A stretch of DNA of 40,732 bases from an uncultured Anaerolineales bacterium. Lineage in GTDB: Bacteria; Chloroflexota; Anaerolineae; B4-G1; SLSP01. The stretch's first letter is position 1; each line of letters begins with the position of its first letter. A program made the translations under genes and the position numbers. Positions 26,178 through 34,451 of the stretch are shown here, one piece after another. The DNA is taken from positions 1 to 40,732 of the forward strand of contig CAYVKR010000002.1 of NCBI GenBank assembly GCA_964452025.1. The letters are read 5' to 3'. The notes below the pieces were generated by a model, which was given only the letters and a program-made list of their open reading frames with translations, did no database searches and was not told the origin of the DNA.

Positions 26178-26576
26178 CTATCTGTCCTCACGTATCTCTC
26201 GCAGCAGCGCCTCGATCCGCGCGCCGTGCTCCAGGGAGTCATCGTAGGTGAAGACCAGTTCGGGGACGTGACGTAAGCGCAAACTGGGCGCCAGTTCCGC
26301 CCGTAGCCAGCCGGCAGCGCCCTCCAGCGCCTCCTGAACCGTGGCTTTTTCCGCTTCCCACTCATCCTCCGTCGTGTCAAAATCCGATAGACCGCCGTCT
26401 TCCACCACCGGCGGCATGATGCTGTAGTAGATCTCTGCACGGCTGGTGTCCTGCGTCACTTCCACATCGGTGATGGTGAGGGCCGCCAGGCGCGGATCTT
26501 TGCTTTCCTCCAACAACAGTAAGGTGATCTTACGGCGCAGCAATTCATTGACGCGCTGCAGATATTTCTTTCCCAT
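26178..26576 (-). CDS. rbfA: Ribosome-binding factor A
   Basis: I set the start to the ATG at 26576 (MGKKYLQRVNELLRRKITLLLLEE), with GAGG upstream. It is RbfA-like at both ends, with an acidic insertion in the middle. Confidence 0.85.
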   Translation of the reverse strand: MGKKYLQRVNELLRRKITLLLLEESKDPRLAALTITDVEVTQDTSRAEIYYSIMPPVVEDGGLSDFDTTEDEWEAEKATVQEALEGAAGWLRAELAPSLRLRHVPELVFTYDDSLEHGARIEALLREIREDR

Positions 26577-26610
26577 GGTTGCCTCGTCAAATAGTATCTT
26601 CTGATGAAAC

Positions 26611-26643
26611 ACGCAACACGCCAGAGCCTGCAACGTGTTGCGT
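26611..26643 (-). other. 10-bp stem-loop in the infB-rbfA spacer
   Basis: ACGCAACACG (26611-20) pairs with CGTGTTGCGT (26634-43) around a 13-nt loop. On the minus strand it is followed by GTTTCATC. It is a candidate internal attenuator or processing site. Confidence 0.45.
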
Positions 26644-26664
26644 ACGTCAACGTGGAAAGTTGGG

Positions 26665-28467
26665 CTACTCGCGTGCCTCGCGTTCCATCACGTAGAAGAG
26701 CAGCTGATCGCCCTCACGCACATCGTCAAAGCCTTCGACTTTCACGCCGCACTCGTAACCCTGCCGCACCTCTCGGACATCTTCCTCGAACCGGCGCAAC
26801 GACGCGACGTCGCCATCGTACATCACGCCACCGTCACGAAAGACGCGCACGCGGGCATTACGTCGCGCCACACCGCTAGCGACGTAGCAGCCCGCAATCG
26901 TACCCGCGCTGGGAATGTTAAACGTCGCGCGGACCTGGGCTGCGCCAATGCGTTTCTCCACGATTTTCGGCTCCAACAGACCTTTCATGGCCTGTTCGAC
27001 CTCCTCAATCAACTTGTAGATGACATCGTAGAGATTGATCTCAATGCCTTCCTCATCAGCCATGCGCCGCGCCGCCGTGTCCACGCTGACGCGGAAGCCC
27101 AGGACGATAGCGCCAGACGCGACGGCCAGGTTGATGTCCGACTCGGTGATGTTACCGGCGGCCGCATGCACCACGTTGACCGTGGCCTCTTCCGCTTCCA
27201 GCGCCTCCAACGATCCGACAATCGGCTCGATGGAGCCCTGAACGTCGGTCTTCAGGATGACGTCCAGCTCCTTGGCCTCGCCCTCGCGCATCATGGCCGA
27301 GAAATCGTCTAACGTCAGCGCGCCCCGCGAGCGAGCCTGCGCCTCGATTCGCGCCTCCTCGGCGCGTTTTTCCGCGATGGCGCGGGCCGTGCGCTCTTCC
27401 TCCACCACCTCCAGGCGCTCCCCTGCCTCGGGCACATCGTTCAGGCCCAGAATCATGGCTGGAATGCCCGGCGGCGCCGTGCGGTGCCGGACGCCGTCCT
27501 CATCTTCCAGGGCGCGGACTTTGCCCCAGGTCTTGCCGACGATCACGACATCGCCGACGTGCAAGGTGCCGTTCTGCATCAGCACGGTGGCCAGCGGCCC
27601 CCGGCGCCGATCCAACTTACCTTCCAGCACGGTGCCAATGGCCGCAGCGTCGGGATTGGCCTTCACCTGAATCTCGTCAGCAATCAGCAGGATCGCTTCG
27701 AGTAGATCGTCCAACCCTTCCCGCATCTTGGCGGAGACCGGAATGACCATGATATTGCCGCCCCACTCATCCGGCAGCAGGCCTGCTTCAGAGAGCTCCT
27801 GCTTGACCAGCTCGGGCTGCGCGTTGGGCCGGTCGATCTTGTTGAGGGCGACGAGGATAGGCACGTGCGCGGCACGGGCGTGATTGATGGCCTCGACGGT
27901 CTGTGGCTGTACCCCATCGTCCGCAGCGACCACCAGCACGGCGATATCGGTGGTATGCGCACCCCGCGCGCGCATGGCGGTGAAGGCCTCGTGGCCCGGC
28001 GTGTCGATGAAGGTAATCGGCCGGCCATCGTGGCGGATCATGTATGCACCAATGTGCTGGGTGATACCGCCGCTCTCCCCACCCGCCACGTCGGCGTGAC
28101 GTATGGCGTCCAGCAGCGTCGTCTTGCCGTGATCGACGTGACCCAGCACAGTGACAACGGGCGGCCGTGGTTTGAGGTCTTCCTCATCTTCATCGGCGAT
28201 GAGAATCTGCCAGGGGGCAAGTTCCTCCTCGACTTCCTCTTCTTCCGCCTCAACGTAGGGCAATTTGGCCTCAACGCCAAACTCGGAGGCGATAATGGCC
28301 GCCGTGTCGAAGTCGATCTGCTGGTTGATGCTCGCCAGCACGCCGTTGCTCATCAAAACCTTGATCAGCTGGATGGGACTGATACCCATCTCCTCGGCCA
28401 GATCACGCACCGTGATAACTTCGGGTATGGTGATAACCTTCTGCTTCGCTTCCAATGATTCGTTCAT
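26665..28467 (-). CDS. infB: Translation initiation factor IF-2
   Basis: 600 aa with a short N-terminal region, a G domain ([30 protein letters not shown]) and IF2 domains II-IV. GAGGAGG lies upstream of the ATG. Confidence 0.94.
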   Translation of the reverse strand: MNESLEAKQKVITIPEVITVRDLAEEMGISPIQLIKVLMSNGVLASINQQIDFDTAAIIASEFGVEAKLPYVEAEEEEVEEELAPWQILIADEDEEDLKPRPPVVTVLGHVDHGKTTLLDAIRHADVAGGESGGITQHIGAYMIRHDGRPITFIDTPGHEAFTAMRARGAHTTDIAVLVVAADDGVQPQTVEAINHARAAHVPILVALNKIDRPNAQPELVKQELSEAGLLPDEWGGNIMVIPVSAKMREGLDDLLEAILLIADEIQVKANPDAAAIGTVLEGKLDRRRGPLATVLMQNGTLHVGDVVIVGKTWGKVRALEDEDGVRHRTAPPGIPAMILGLNDVPEAGERLEVVEEERTARAIAEKRAEEARIEAQARSRGALTLDDFSAMMREGEAKELDVILKTDVQGSIEPIVGSLEALEAEEATVNVVHAAAGNITESDINLAVASGAIVLGFRVSVDTAARRMADEEGIEINLYDVIYKLIEEVEQAMKGLLEPKIVEKRIGAAQVRATFNIPSAGTIAGCYVASGVARRNARVRVFRDGGVMYDGDVASLRRFEEDVREVRQGYECGVKVEGFDDVREGDQLLFYVMEREARE

Positions 28468-28585
28468 ACATTCCTCCTCAACGCCTCAACAGCACGGCAT
28501 CGCTCACGCCGGCTCTCTTTGGCCCATCGGCCACTCAACATAGCAAAGGCCGTAGAAAACACCTTGGTAACAACTAAAAACTGAC

Positions 28586-28676
28586 TCTACTGAAAAGGGG
28601 GGCAATAGAGAAAGGAATACTATATGTTGTGGTTGTGCGCGGCACAACCACAACATATACCCCTGTTTTTCTTTGG
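28586..28676. repeat. R1 copy 3 (best preserved, inverted relative to copies 1 and 2)
   Basis: It has a perfect 18-bp palindrome, TATATGTTGTGGTTGTGC-GCG-GCACAACCACAACATATA (28621-28659), and a second hairpin, CTCTACTG...CAATAGAG (28586-28610). It lies in the ylxR-infB spacer. Confidence 0.85.
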
Positions 28677-28690
28677 TACAAGCAAGAAGC

Positions 28691-29005
28691 TCAGTTGCCC
28701 TCCGTTGGCAACTCGGCAGCGAACGCTTTTAACATCGCCACCTGATCCTCGGTCAGCTGGAGACGTAGTGCGTGACTGAGCGCGCCACGTCGCAGCGCGC
28801 GCTCCCAACAGGTGGGCCGGGGGCAAAGATAGGCGCCCCGCCCATTCTGTTTCTGACTTCTGTCGATGACAACCGCCCCCTCCGGCGTGCGCACGACGCG
28901 AATCAGCTCACGTTTCGGTCGCTTGGTCCGGCACGCCACGCAGGTGCGTTCTGGAACGTGTCGCGTACGCGGTTTCTTCTGATTCATGCGCTGCTTGATC
29001 TCCAT
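28691..29005 (-). CDS. ylxR: YlxR/DUF448-family RNA-binding protein
   Basis: It has RTCVACRTKRPKRELIRVV and GRGAYLC motifs. The start is uncertain: ATG at 29005 or ATG at 28987. The ORF-track start at 29014 is a TTG. Confidence 0.82.
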   Translation of the reverse strand: MEIKQRMNQKKPRTRHVPERTCVACRTKRPKRELIRVVRTPEGAVVIDRSQKQNGRGAYLCPRPTCWERALRRGALSHALRLQLTEDQVAMLKAFAAELPTEGN

Positions 29006-29140
29006 ACAAAACAAAAGGTGCCAGAGTAGCTATCCCTGGCACCTTATAACGGCCTCCTACCGGCTTCCGACGCGAAGGTCGGAACGATATCCAGTCACAT
29101 GGTGACCCAACAGGCAACAGGGATGGCCAAGGACAATCCT

Positions 29141-31306
29141 CTAGTGATCCCGGTACTCTTCCCACAAATCAAAGGACCGACCCTGACGCCGTTTGCGCAC
29201 GGTGTAGGTCTCTCCCGTCTCTTCGTCGTAAAGAATGGTGCGCTTGGTCTTCCGCTTGCGCCCAGACTTCTGGTCTTCTTCAAAGTCCTCTTCATCTTCC
29301 TCATAATCATCGTACACGGCGAAGGCGGGGGGTTCAAGTCGCAGTTTTTCCTCTTCTTCCTCCGCCTCATCAAGCGGCGGTGCGTCTTGCTCGGCCTGGA
29401 AAGATGCCATGGCCGATTGCAGCCGTTTGGCCGACTGTTCGTCGAAAACCACGGCGGGCTCCTCGGCGGCGGCTTCTTCCAGCGCCTTGATGGTCTCCTC
29501 GTCAAAGCCGGCTGCCAGCAACTCTTCCCGGCTGACGGGAAGCGCACCGGTTTTCTCCGGCACGGGCTCTGCTTCCACTTCTACCGCGTCTTCCGGTTCG
29601 GCTACCGCTTCGTCGACTTCGGTGACTTCCACCTCTTCCGCAACGATGGCTTCGGCCTCAGCAATAGCTTCTTCCGCTGCGATGTCTTCTTCGGCAACCA
29701 CTTCTTCGACCTCTTCCTCGACCGGTACCTCTTCGGCTTCCGACGTAATGAAAGTAAAATCGCTCTCATCGATGGCGCTCTTGATCTGCGTCAGCGCTTT
29801 GGCGCCGATACCGTCCAACATCAACAGCGCCTCATCACCCAACGCCATCTTCTCCATCACCTCGCCGACGTTCTGCAAACCATTGCGGGTCAGATGATCA
29901 CGAACTTTTTCCGGCAGCGCGACCGCCGCCAGGCCAGCCTCATAGGCCACTTCCGGGACTGTCGCAAGTGCGCGCTCTTCTTCCTTGCGCTTCTCCATAT
30001 TCGCCGCGCGCTGCGCAGCCAGCCGAGCATCTCGCTGGAGCGTGCCAGGACGGGTGCGGTTCCGCCGTTCAATCAGAGCGTGGCGGACAGCTTCGATCAC
30101 CGTCTTGATGATGCGCCGCTCCTCATCCGTGTAGGGATAGCGGGTCTCCTCGTGAGAGCGGATGATGGACGCCAACCTCGGAACCAGCCCCACGATATCT
30201 TTCTGTCCGCCCAGCAGTTCCGGCGACTTGTTGATCTGCCGCAATGCACCCAGCGCCGCTTCCGTGACCCCCTGGATGTCGATACGCCAGCCAGTCATCT
30301 TGGCAGCCAACCGGGCGTTCTGGCCCGCGCGTCCAATCGCCAGGGAGAGCTGATCGTCCTGGACGACGACGGCGGCGGTTCTGCCGTCCTGGGCATTCTC
30401 ATCGACCACGACGCTGACAATGCCATCAAGACTCAGCGCATTGGCGATGAACTGCACAGGGCTCTCGTCCCATTCCACCACGTCGATGCGCTCACCGTTA
30501 AGCTCGCGCGAGATGGTCTGCACGCGGATGCCCCGCATGCCCACGCAAGCGCCCACCGGATCCAGCCCTTCCTGATGTCCCACCACGGCGACCTTGGAAC
30601 GCGAACCTGCTTCTCGCGCGATGGCTTTGATCTCCACCTGACCGGCGCGAATCTCCGGCACCTCCAGCTCCAGCAGGCGGAGCAACATCGCCGGATGGCT
30701 GCGGGAGACGGTGATCTGAGGGCCACGAGGCGTGCGTTTCACGTCAACAACGTAGACGCGAACCTTCTGGTGCAACGTGTATCGCTCGCCCGGAATCTGC
30801 TCCCGTCGGGGCATCTTTGCTTCTTCCCGCCGGTCGAGATGCAGCGTGATCCCGTGGGGGCGAATCGAGTGCACCGTCCCAATGATGATCTCGCCCTCCT
30901 GACGACTGAAGCGCTCAAATTGGCTTTCGCGCTCTGCTTCGCGCAGGCGCTGCATAATGACCTGTTTGGCAGTCTGGGCAGCGATCCGACCGAAGTTACG
31001 GGGGGTCACATCGACCATCAACGTCTCCCCCACCTCTATCTCTGGTTGCTGACGTCGTGCCTGCCTCAGCAATACCTCGGTCTTGGGGTTCTCCACCTCG
31101 TCGTCCACTACCTCTTTCTCCATGTAGACGCGCGCCGACCCATCACGCATGTTGATTTCTGCGGCGAGATTCTGCGTTGAGGGAATTTTCCAATCCCTAC
31201 GGTAGGCTGAGACCAGAGCCGCTTGGACCGCTTCCAAGACGACATCCCGTGGCAAATCGTACTCCGCACAGATCTGGTTGAAAGCCAAAGCGAATTCGCT
31301 TTTCAT
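29141..31306 (-). CDS. nusA: Transcription termination/antitermination factor NusA with a long acidic C-terminal extension
   Basis: I set the start to the ATG at 31306 (MKSEFALAFNQI), with GAGGAAGG upstream. It has the NTD, S1, KH1 and KH2 (LAIGRAGQNARLAAKMTGWRIDI), one HhH-like repeat, then ~200 aa of Glu/Ala/Val-rich low-complexity sequence and a basic tail. Confidence 0.92.
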   Translation of the reverse strand: MKSEFALAFNQICAEYDLPRDVVLEAVQAALVSAYRRDWKIPSTQNLAAEINMRDGSARVYMEKEVVDDEVENPKTEVLLRQARRQQPEIEVGETLMVDVTPRNFGRIAAQTAKQVIMQRLREAERESQFERFSRQEGEIIIGTVHSIRPHGITLHLDRREEAKMPRREQIPGERYTLHQKVRVYVVDVKRTPRGPQITVSRSHPAMLLRLLELEVPEIRAGQVEIKAIAREAGSRSKVAVVGHQEGLDPVGACVGMRGIRVQTISRELNGERIDVVEWDESPVQFIANALSLDGIVSVVVDENAQDGRTAAVVVQDDQLSLAIGRAGQNARLAAKMTGWRIDIQGVTEAALGALRQINKSPELLGGQKDIVGLVPRLASIIRSHEETRYPYTDEERRIIKTVIEAVRHALIERRNRTRPGTLQRDARLAAQRAANMEKRKEEERALATVPEVAYEAGLAAVALPEKVRDHLTRNGLQNVGEVMEKMALGDEALLMLDGIGAKALTQIKSAIDESDFTFITSEAEEVPVEEEVEEVVAEEDIAAEEAIAEAEAIVAEEVEVTEVDEAVAEPEDAVEVEAEPVPEKTGALPVSREELLAAGFDEETIKALEEAAAEEPAVVFDEQSAKRLQSAMASFQAEQDAPPLDEAEEEEEKLRLEPPAFAVYDDYEEDEEDFEEDQKSGRKRKTKRTILYDEETGETYTVRKRRQGRSFDLWEEYRDH

Positions 31307-31346
31307 ATACGTGACACCTTCCTCACCCTGATAAAATAAGCCCATT

Positions 31347-31378
31347 CTACAAAGAAAAGTGGGGCATATCCCCACTTT
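31347..31378 (-). terminator. Terminator-like hairpin inside the predicted nusA leader (candidate attenuator)
   Basis: The minus strand reads AAAGUGGGG-AUAUG-CCCCACUUU followed by UCUUUGUAG. It lies ~30 nt downstream of the predicted transcription start and ~40 nt upstream of the nusA ATG. Confidence 0.55.
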
Positions 31379-31414
31379 GTCTCAGAGCCACCGCTATGCC
31401 CCTTACCGCTGGCT

Positions 31415-31442
31415 ATTATAGCACAGGTACAACTTTAATCAA
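31415..31442 (-). promoter_or_regulatory. Candidate nusA promoter TTGATT-N16-TATAAT with TG extension
   Basis: On the minus strand, TTGATT is the complement of 31437-31442 and TGCTATAAT is the complement of 31415-31423. Confidence 0.55.
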
Positions 31443-31455
31443 GGTATCCGGCGAT

Positions 31456-31546
31456 GGGCAAACGAAGCTGGGGTTGATGTGGGAGGGAAACATGATGGGA
31501 AGCCGCCTATGGCGTTTGAGCGACCCTGGAACTGCTTCGTTTGCCC
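31456..31546 (+). repeat. R2 copy B (core only, 91 nt)
   Basis: GGGCAAACGAAGC...GCTTCGTTTGCCC. The invariant 52-nt string lies at 31470-31521, with one change (t at 31480). Confidence 0.85.
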
Positions 31547-31559
31547 ATCTTCCCTGGCC

Positions 31560-31587
31560 TTGTCAGGACAGGTGCTTATGTTATGAT
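31560..31587 (+). promoter_or_regulatory. Candidate ECF operon promoter TTGTCA-N16-TATGAT with TG extension
   Basis: TTGTCA lies at 31560-31565 and TGTTATGAT at 31579-31587. AAAGGAG lies 8 nt upstream of the GTG start at 31616. Confidence 0.5.
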
Positions 31588-31615
31588 GACCATAGAGGTC
31601 TGAAAGGAGTATCCT

Positions 31616-32131
31616 GTGCAAAAATCGATAGACATTCGTCGCATGACGTTGGTCGCGTTGATGTCCGCATTGATCTTCGTAATGACCGCCATTCCTCGAA
31701 TTCCCACGCCCATCGGAGGATACGTGCATCTGGGCGATGTGATCATCACGTTTAGTGCCCTGGCGTTTGGCCCTTGGATTGGCGCGATAGCCGGCGGCCT
31801 CGGCACAGCCCTGGCCGATCTCTACATGGGATATGCCCAATTCGCCGTCATCTCCTTGGTGGTGCACGGCCTGCAGGGTCTGGCAATCGGGTTGATCGTA
31901 CGCCGACGAGAAGGTGCGGTGACGCTCACCCTCGCCATCCTCGCGGGGGCAGCCATTGTCGTCGGTGGTTATTTTGTCGCGGAGATTTTCCTCTACGGCA
32001 TGGCCGATGCGCTCCTGGAACTGCTGCCTAACGCACTCCAGGGACTGGTCGGTGGCGTGGCCGGGGTGCCGCTCTACTTGGCGGTCAAACGCGCCTATCC
32101 CCCCTTGATGTTGCATCACGACGCACACTAG
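31616..32131 (+). CDS. ECF transporter substrate-specific (S) component, substrate unknown
   Basis: 171 aa with about 5-6 TM helices and IPTPIGGYVHLGDV near TM1-2. It is followed by ECF A and T genes. It uses a GTG start with a good SD. Confidence 0.75.
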   Translation: MQKSIDIRRMTLVALMSALIFVMTAIPRIPTPIGGYVHLGDVIITFSALAFGPWIGAIAGGLGTALADLYMGYAQFAVISLVVHGLQGLAIGLIVRRREGAVTLTLAILAGAAIVVGGYFVAEIFLYGMADALLELLPNALQGLVGGVAGVPLYLAVKRAYPPLMLHHDAH

Positions 32132-32149
32132 CCATCCTCGTTTCCCCGC

Positions 32150-32175
32150 GACGGAGGAGTCAACGCTCCTCCGTC
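32150..32175 (+). other. Perfect 10-bp stem-loop between the S and A genes
   Basis: GACGGAGGAG-TCAACG-CTCCTCCGTC followed by TTCGTATTG. It is a candidate partial terminator or transcript-stabilising hairpin that would set S:A stoichiometry. Confidence 0.5.
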
Positions 32176-32196
32176 TTCGTATTGAGGCCAGGAGAG

Positions 32197-33690
32197 ATGA
32201 GCCAACCCGCTATCACCGCCAACGACTTGAGCTTTGCCTATCCATCTTGGACGCCGGATCGGGCCTCCAGGCGCATTCTCGATCACCTCCAGCTCTCCGT
32301 TTCTGAAAGTAAGGAGCTGCGGGTGATGGGCGGCAGCGGCAGCGGTAAGAGCACGCTCTGCTACGTGCTGGCAGGTCTGGCGCCGGCCTACACCGGCGGC
32401 ACCCTGCGCGGTGAGGTGCGGGTTATGGAGCAGGATGTCCAGGCCGGACGGCCCGCGCCGCACCGCGTCGGCGTGCTCTTCCAGGATGCGGCGACGCAAC
32501 TCTTCACCAGCCGGGTCGAAGACGAGATCGCCTGGGGGCTAGAAGCGCTCTCGCTGCCGGCCACGGAGATTGGCCCGCGCGTCGTGGAGGCGCTTCGAAA
32601 GTTCGACCTGCTGACCGTGCGCGCCCGTCCTCCCTGGGCGCTCTCCGGCGGGCAGCAGAAGCGCCTGGCGCTGGCAGCGCTCTGGGCGCAACGGCCCAAG
32701 GTGTTGCTCCTGGACGAGCCGCTGGCAGGTCTCGATCCCGATGGACGCGCCGAGGTGGAGGCCAGCCTGACGCAGCTCCGGGCCGACGGCGCGACGCTGC
32801 TAACCACCGCCTCACACGTGGGTGGGACGTTTGCTGACGCCCCGGTGAGTCTGCTGGAAAGCGGACAGCTTTCAGATGCCCGCCCGCTCGAAAGTATCGC
32901 GTCGCAGCGCCTCGTCGAGGTCGGCGTGCGCGTGCCCGTCGAAGCCTGGCAGGCCTTTGCCAAAGGCCAGGATAGGATCGGGTCAGCGCTCGCCATCGAG
33001 CTGTGCCGGCTGCACTTCAAGTACCCGGACGGTCCGGGCGTGCTCCACGGCCTCGATCTCACGATCCCGCGCGGGCAGTTCGTCGCCATCGTCGGCTCGA
33101 ACGGCGCGGGTAAATCGACGCTGGTGCGCCACTTCAACGGCCTGCTGCGTCCAAACGCCGGCACAGTGCGCGTGCTAGGGCGGGAGGCCGGCGACCGCTC
33201 CATCGGCGCGCTGGCGCGGGACGTCAGCTTTCTCTTCCAGCGACCGGAGCGCCAGCTCTTTGCGACCACGGTACGCGAGGAGGTCGCCTACGGCCCCCGG
33301 CAGCTGGGCCTGCCCGACGTCGAAGAGCGGGTCGCGCGTAGTCTGGCTCGCTTTGATCTGGAGGCGGTCGCGGACCGTCCGCCCGCGCTGCTCAGCTACG
33401 GCGTCCAGCGCGCCGTCACCCTGGCGACGCTCACCGCTCTGGAGACGCCCATCCTGGTGCTGGACGAGCCGCTGGCAGGCCTCGATGGGCGCGGACGCGC
33501 CCAACTCTTCCGCTGGCTGGCGGAACGGCGCGCGGCTGGCGTCACGCTGATCGTGGTGACACACGAGCTGCAACTTGCAGCGCAGGCCGACCGTGTCATC
33601 GCGCTGCGCCAGGGCACCATCCAGGCCGACGGATCACCGGAGACGGCCCTGGACGCCCTGGCCTGGAATGTGCGCGGAGGCGGACTGTGA
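32197..33690 (+). CDS. Fused ECF transporter ATPase (EcfA-EcfA', two ABC domains)
   Basis: Domain 1 has GGSGSGKSTL, LSGGQQKRLALA and LLLDEPLAGLD. Domain 2 has GSNGAGKSTL, LSYGVQRAVTLA and LVLDEPLAGLD. The start is uncertain: ATG at 32197 with GGAG only 3 nt upstream, or TTG at 32182. Confidence 0.88.
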   Translation: MSQPAITANDLSFAYPSWTPDRASRRILDHLQLSVSESKELRVMGGSGSGKSTLCYVLAGLAPAYTGGTLRGEVRVMEQDVQAGRPAPHRVGVLFQDAATQLFTSRVEDEIAWGLEALSLPATEIGPRVVEALRKFDLLTVRARPPWALSGGQQKRLALAALWAQRPKVLLLDEPLAGLDPDGRAEVEASLTQLRADGATLLTTASHVGGTFADAPVSLLESGQLSDARPLESIASQRLVEVGVRVPVEAWQAFAKGQDRIGSALAIELCRLHFKYPDGPGVLHGLDLTIPRGQFVAIVGSNGAGKSTLVRHFNGLLRPNAGTVRVLGREAGDRSIGALARDVSFLFQRPERQLFATTVREEVAYGPRQLGLPDVEERVARSLARFDLEAVADRPPALLSYGVQRAVTLATLTALETPILVLDEPLAGLDGRGRAQLFRWLAERRAAGVTLIVVTHELQLAAQADRVIALRQGTIQADGSPETALDALAWNVRGGGL

Positions 33691-34451
33691 GCCTGGTCTT
33701 TGATCTTTACACGCCAGGCTGCTCCTGGTTACACCGGCTGGATCCTCGCGTCAAACTCTGGCTTGTCGTTCTGGGTATCGGCGGGGCCTTTCTACTGCGC
33801 ACCTGGTGGCAGCAGGCCCTTTTTCTGCTGGGCATTCTGATGCTACTGCGCAGCGCCTCACTGGCGTGGGAGAAAGTGCGCTGGCTCTGGCGCCAGATGC
33901 GCTGGCTGATGATCCTCATCCTGCTGCTGCAACCGCTGTTCACGCCCAGTGGGACACAACTACTGGCCGTGGGGCCGCTCCAGTTGACCGTGGGAGGCAT
34001 CCAACGCGCGTTGCTGTTGGCCTTACGGGCATTCAACCTGACCACCCTAGCCAGCGCCCTGCTCTTCACCACCGAACAGCGGGCATTGGTCCGCGCCCTG
34101 GTGCGTTTGGGCGTACCCTACACCTGGGGACTGACGATAAGTCTGACCCTCCGCTTTCTGCCTGCGCTGGGCGACCTCTTCTCCAAGGTGAGAGAGGCAC
34201 AGGCCGCCAGAGGCTGGGAAGCGGGGGGCAACTTCTTCCGCCGCGCCCGCGACTACCTGCCCGTGCTCGTCGCCGTGATCATCGGCACGCTCCGCATGGG
34301 CGATCAACTGACCCTGGCGCTGGCGGCGCGCGGGCTGGAATCCATCCAGCAGCGCACGACGTGGCGGGATATTGAGATGCGCCCCATCGACTGGTGGGTG
34401 CTGGTAGGCAGCGCAACCGGGGCGATCTTGTTGTTATGGCTCTGGCTATGA
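33687..34451 (+). CDS. ecfT: ECF transporter transmembrane (T) component, CbiQ family
   Basis: 254 aa and multi-TM, with two Ala-Arg-Gly coupling motifs (AQAARGWE and LALAARGLE). The GTG start overlaps the ATPase stop (GTGA). Confidence 0.85.
   Translation: MSLVFDLYTPGCSWLHRLDPRVKLWLVVLGIGGAFLLRTWWQQALFLLGILMLLRSASLAWEKVRWLWRQMRWLMILILLLQPLFTPSGTQLLAVGPLQLTVGGIQRALLLALRAFNLTTLASALLFTTEQRALVRALVRLGVPYTWGLTISLTLRFLPALGDLFSKVREAQAARGWEAGGNFFRRARDYLPVLVAVIIGTLRMGDQLTLALAARGLESIQQRTTWRDIEMRPIDWWVLVGSATGAILLLWLWL

Noticed and set aside
29099-31180. 693-aa ORF antisense to nusA.
   Set aside because: It has no recognisable domain, a low-complexity composition that mirrors the nusA acidic tail, and no SD. 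nusA on the other strand is unambiguous. An open antisense frame of this length is expected at this GC content.
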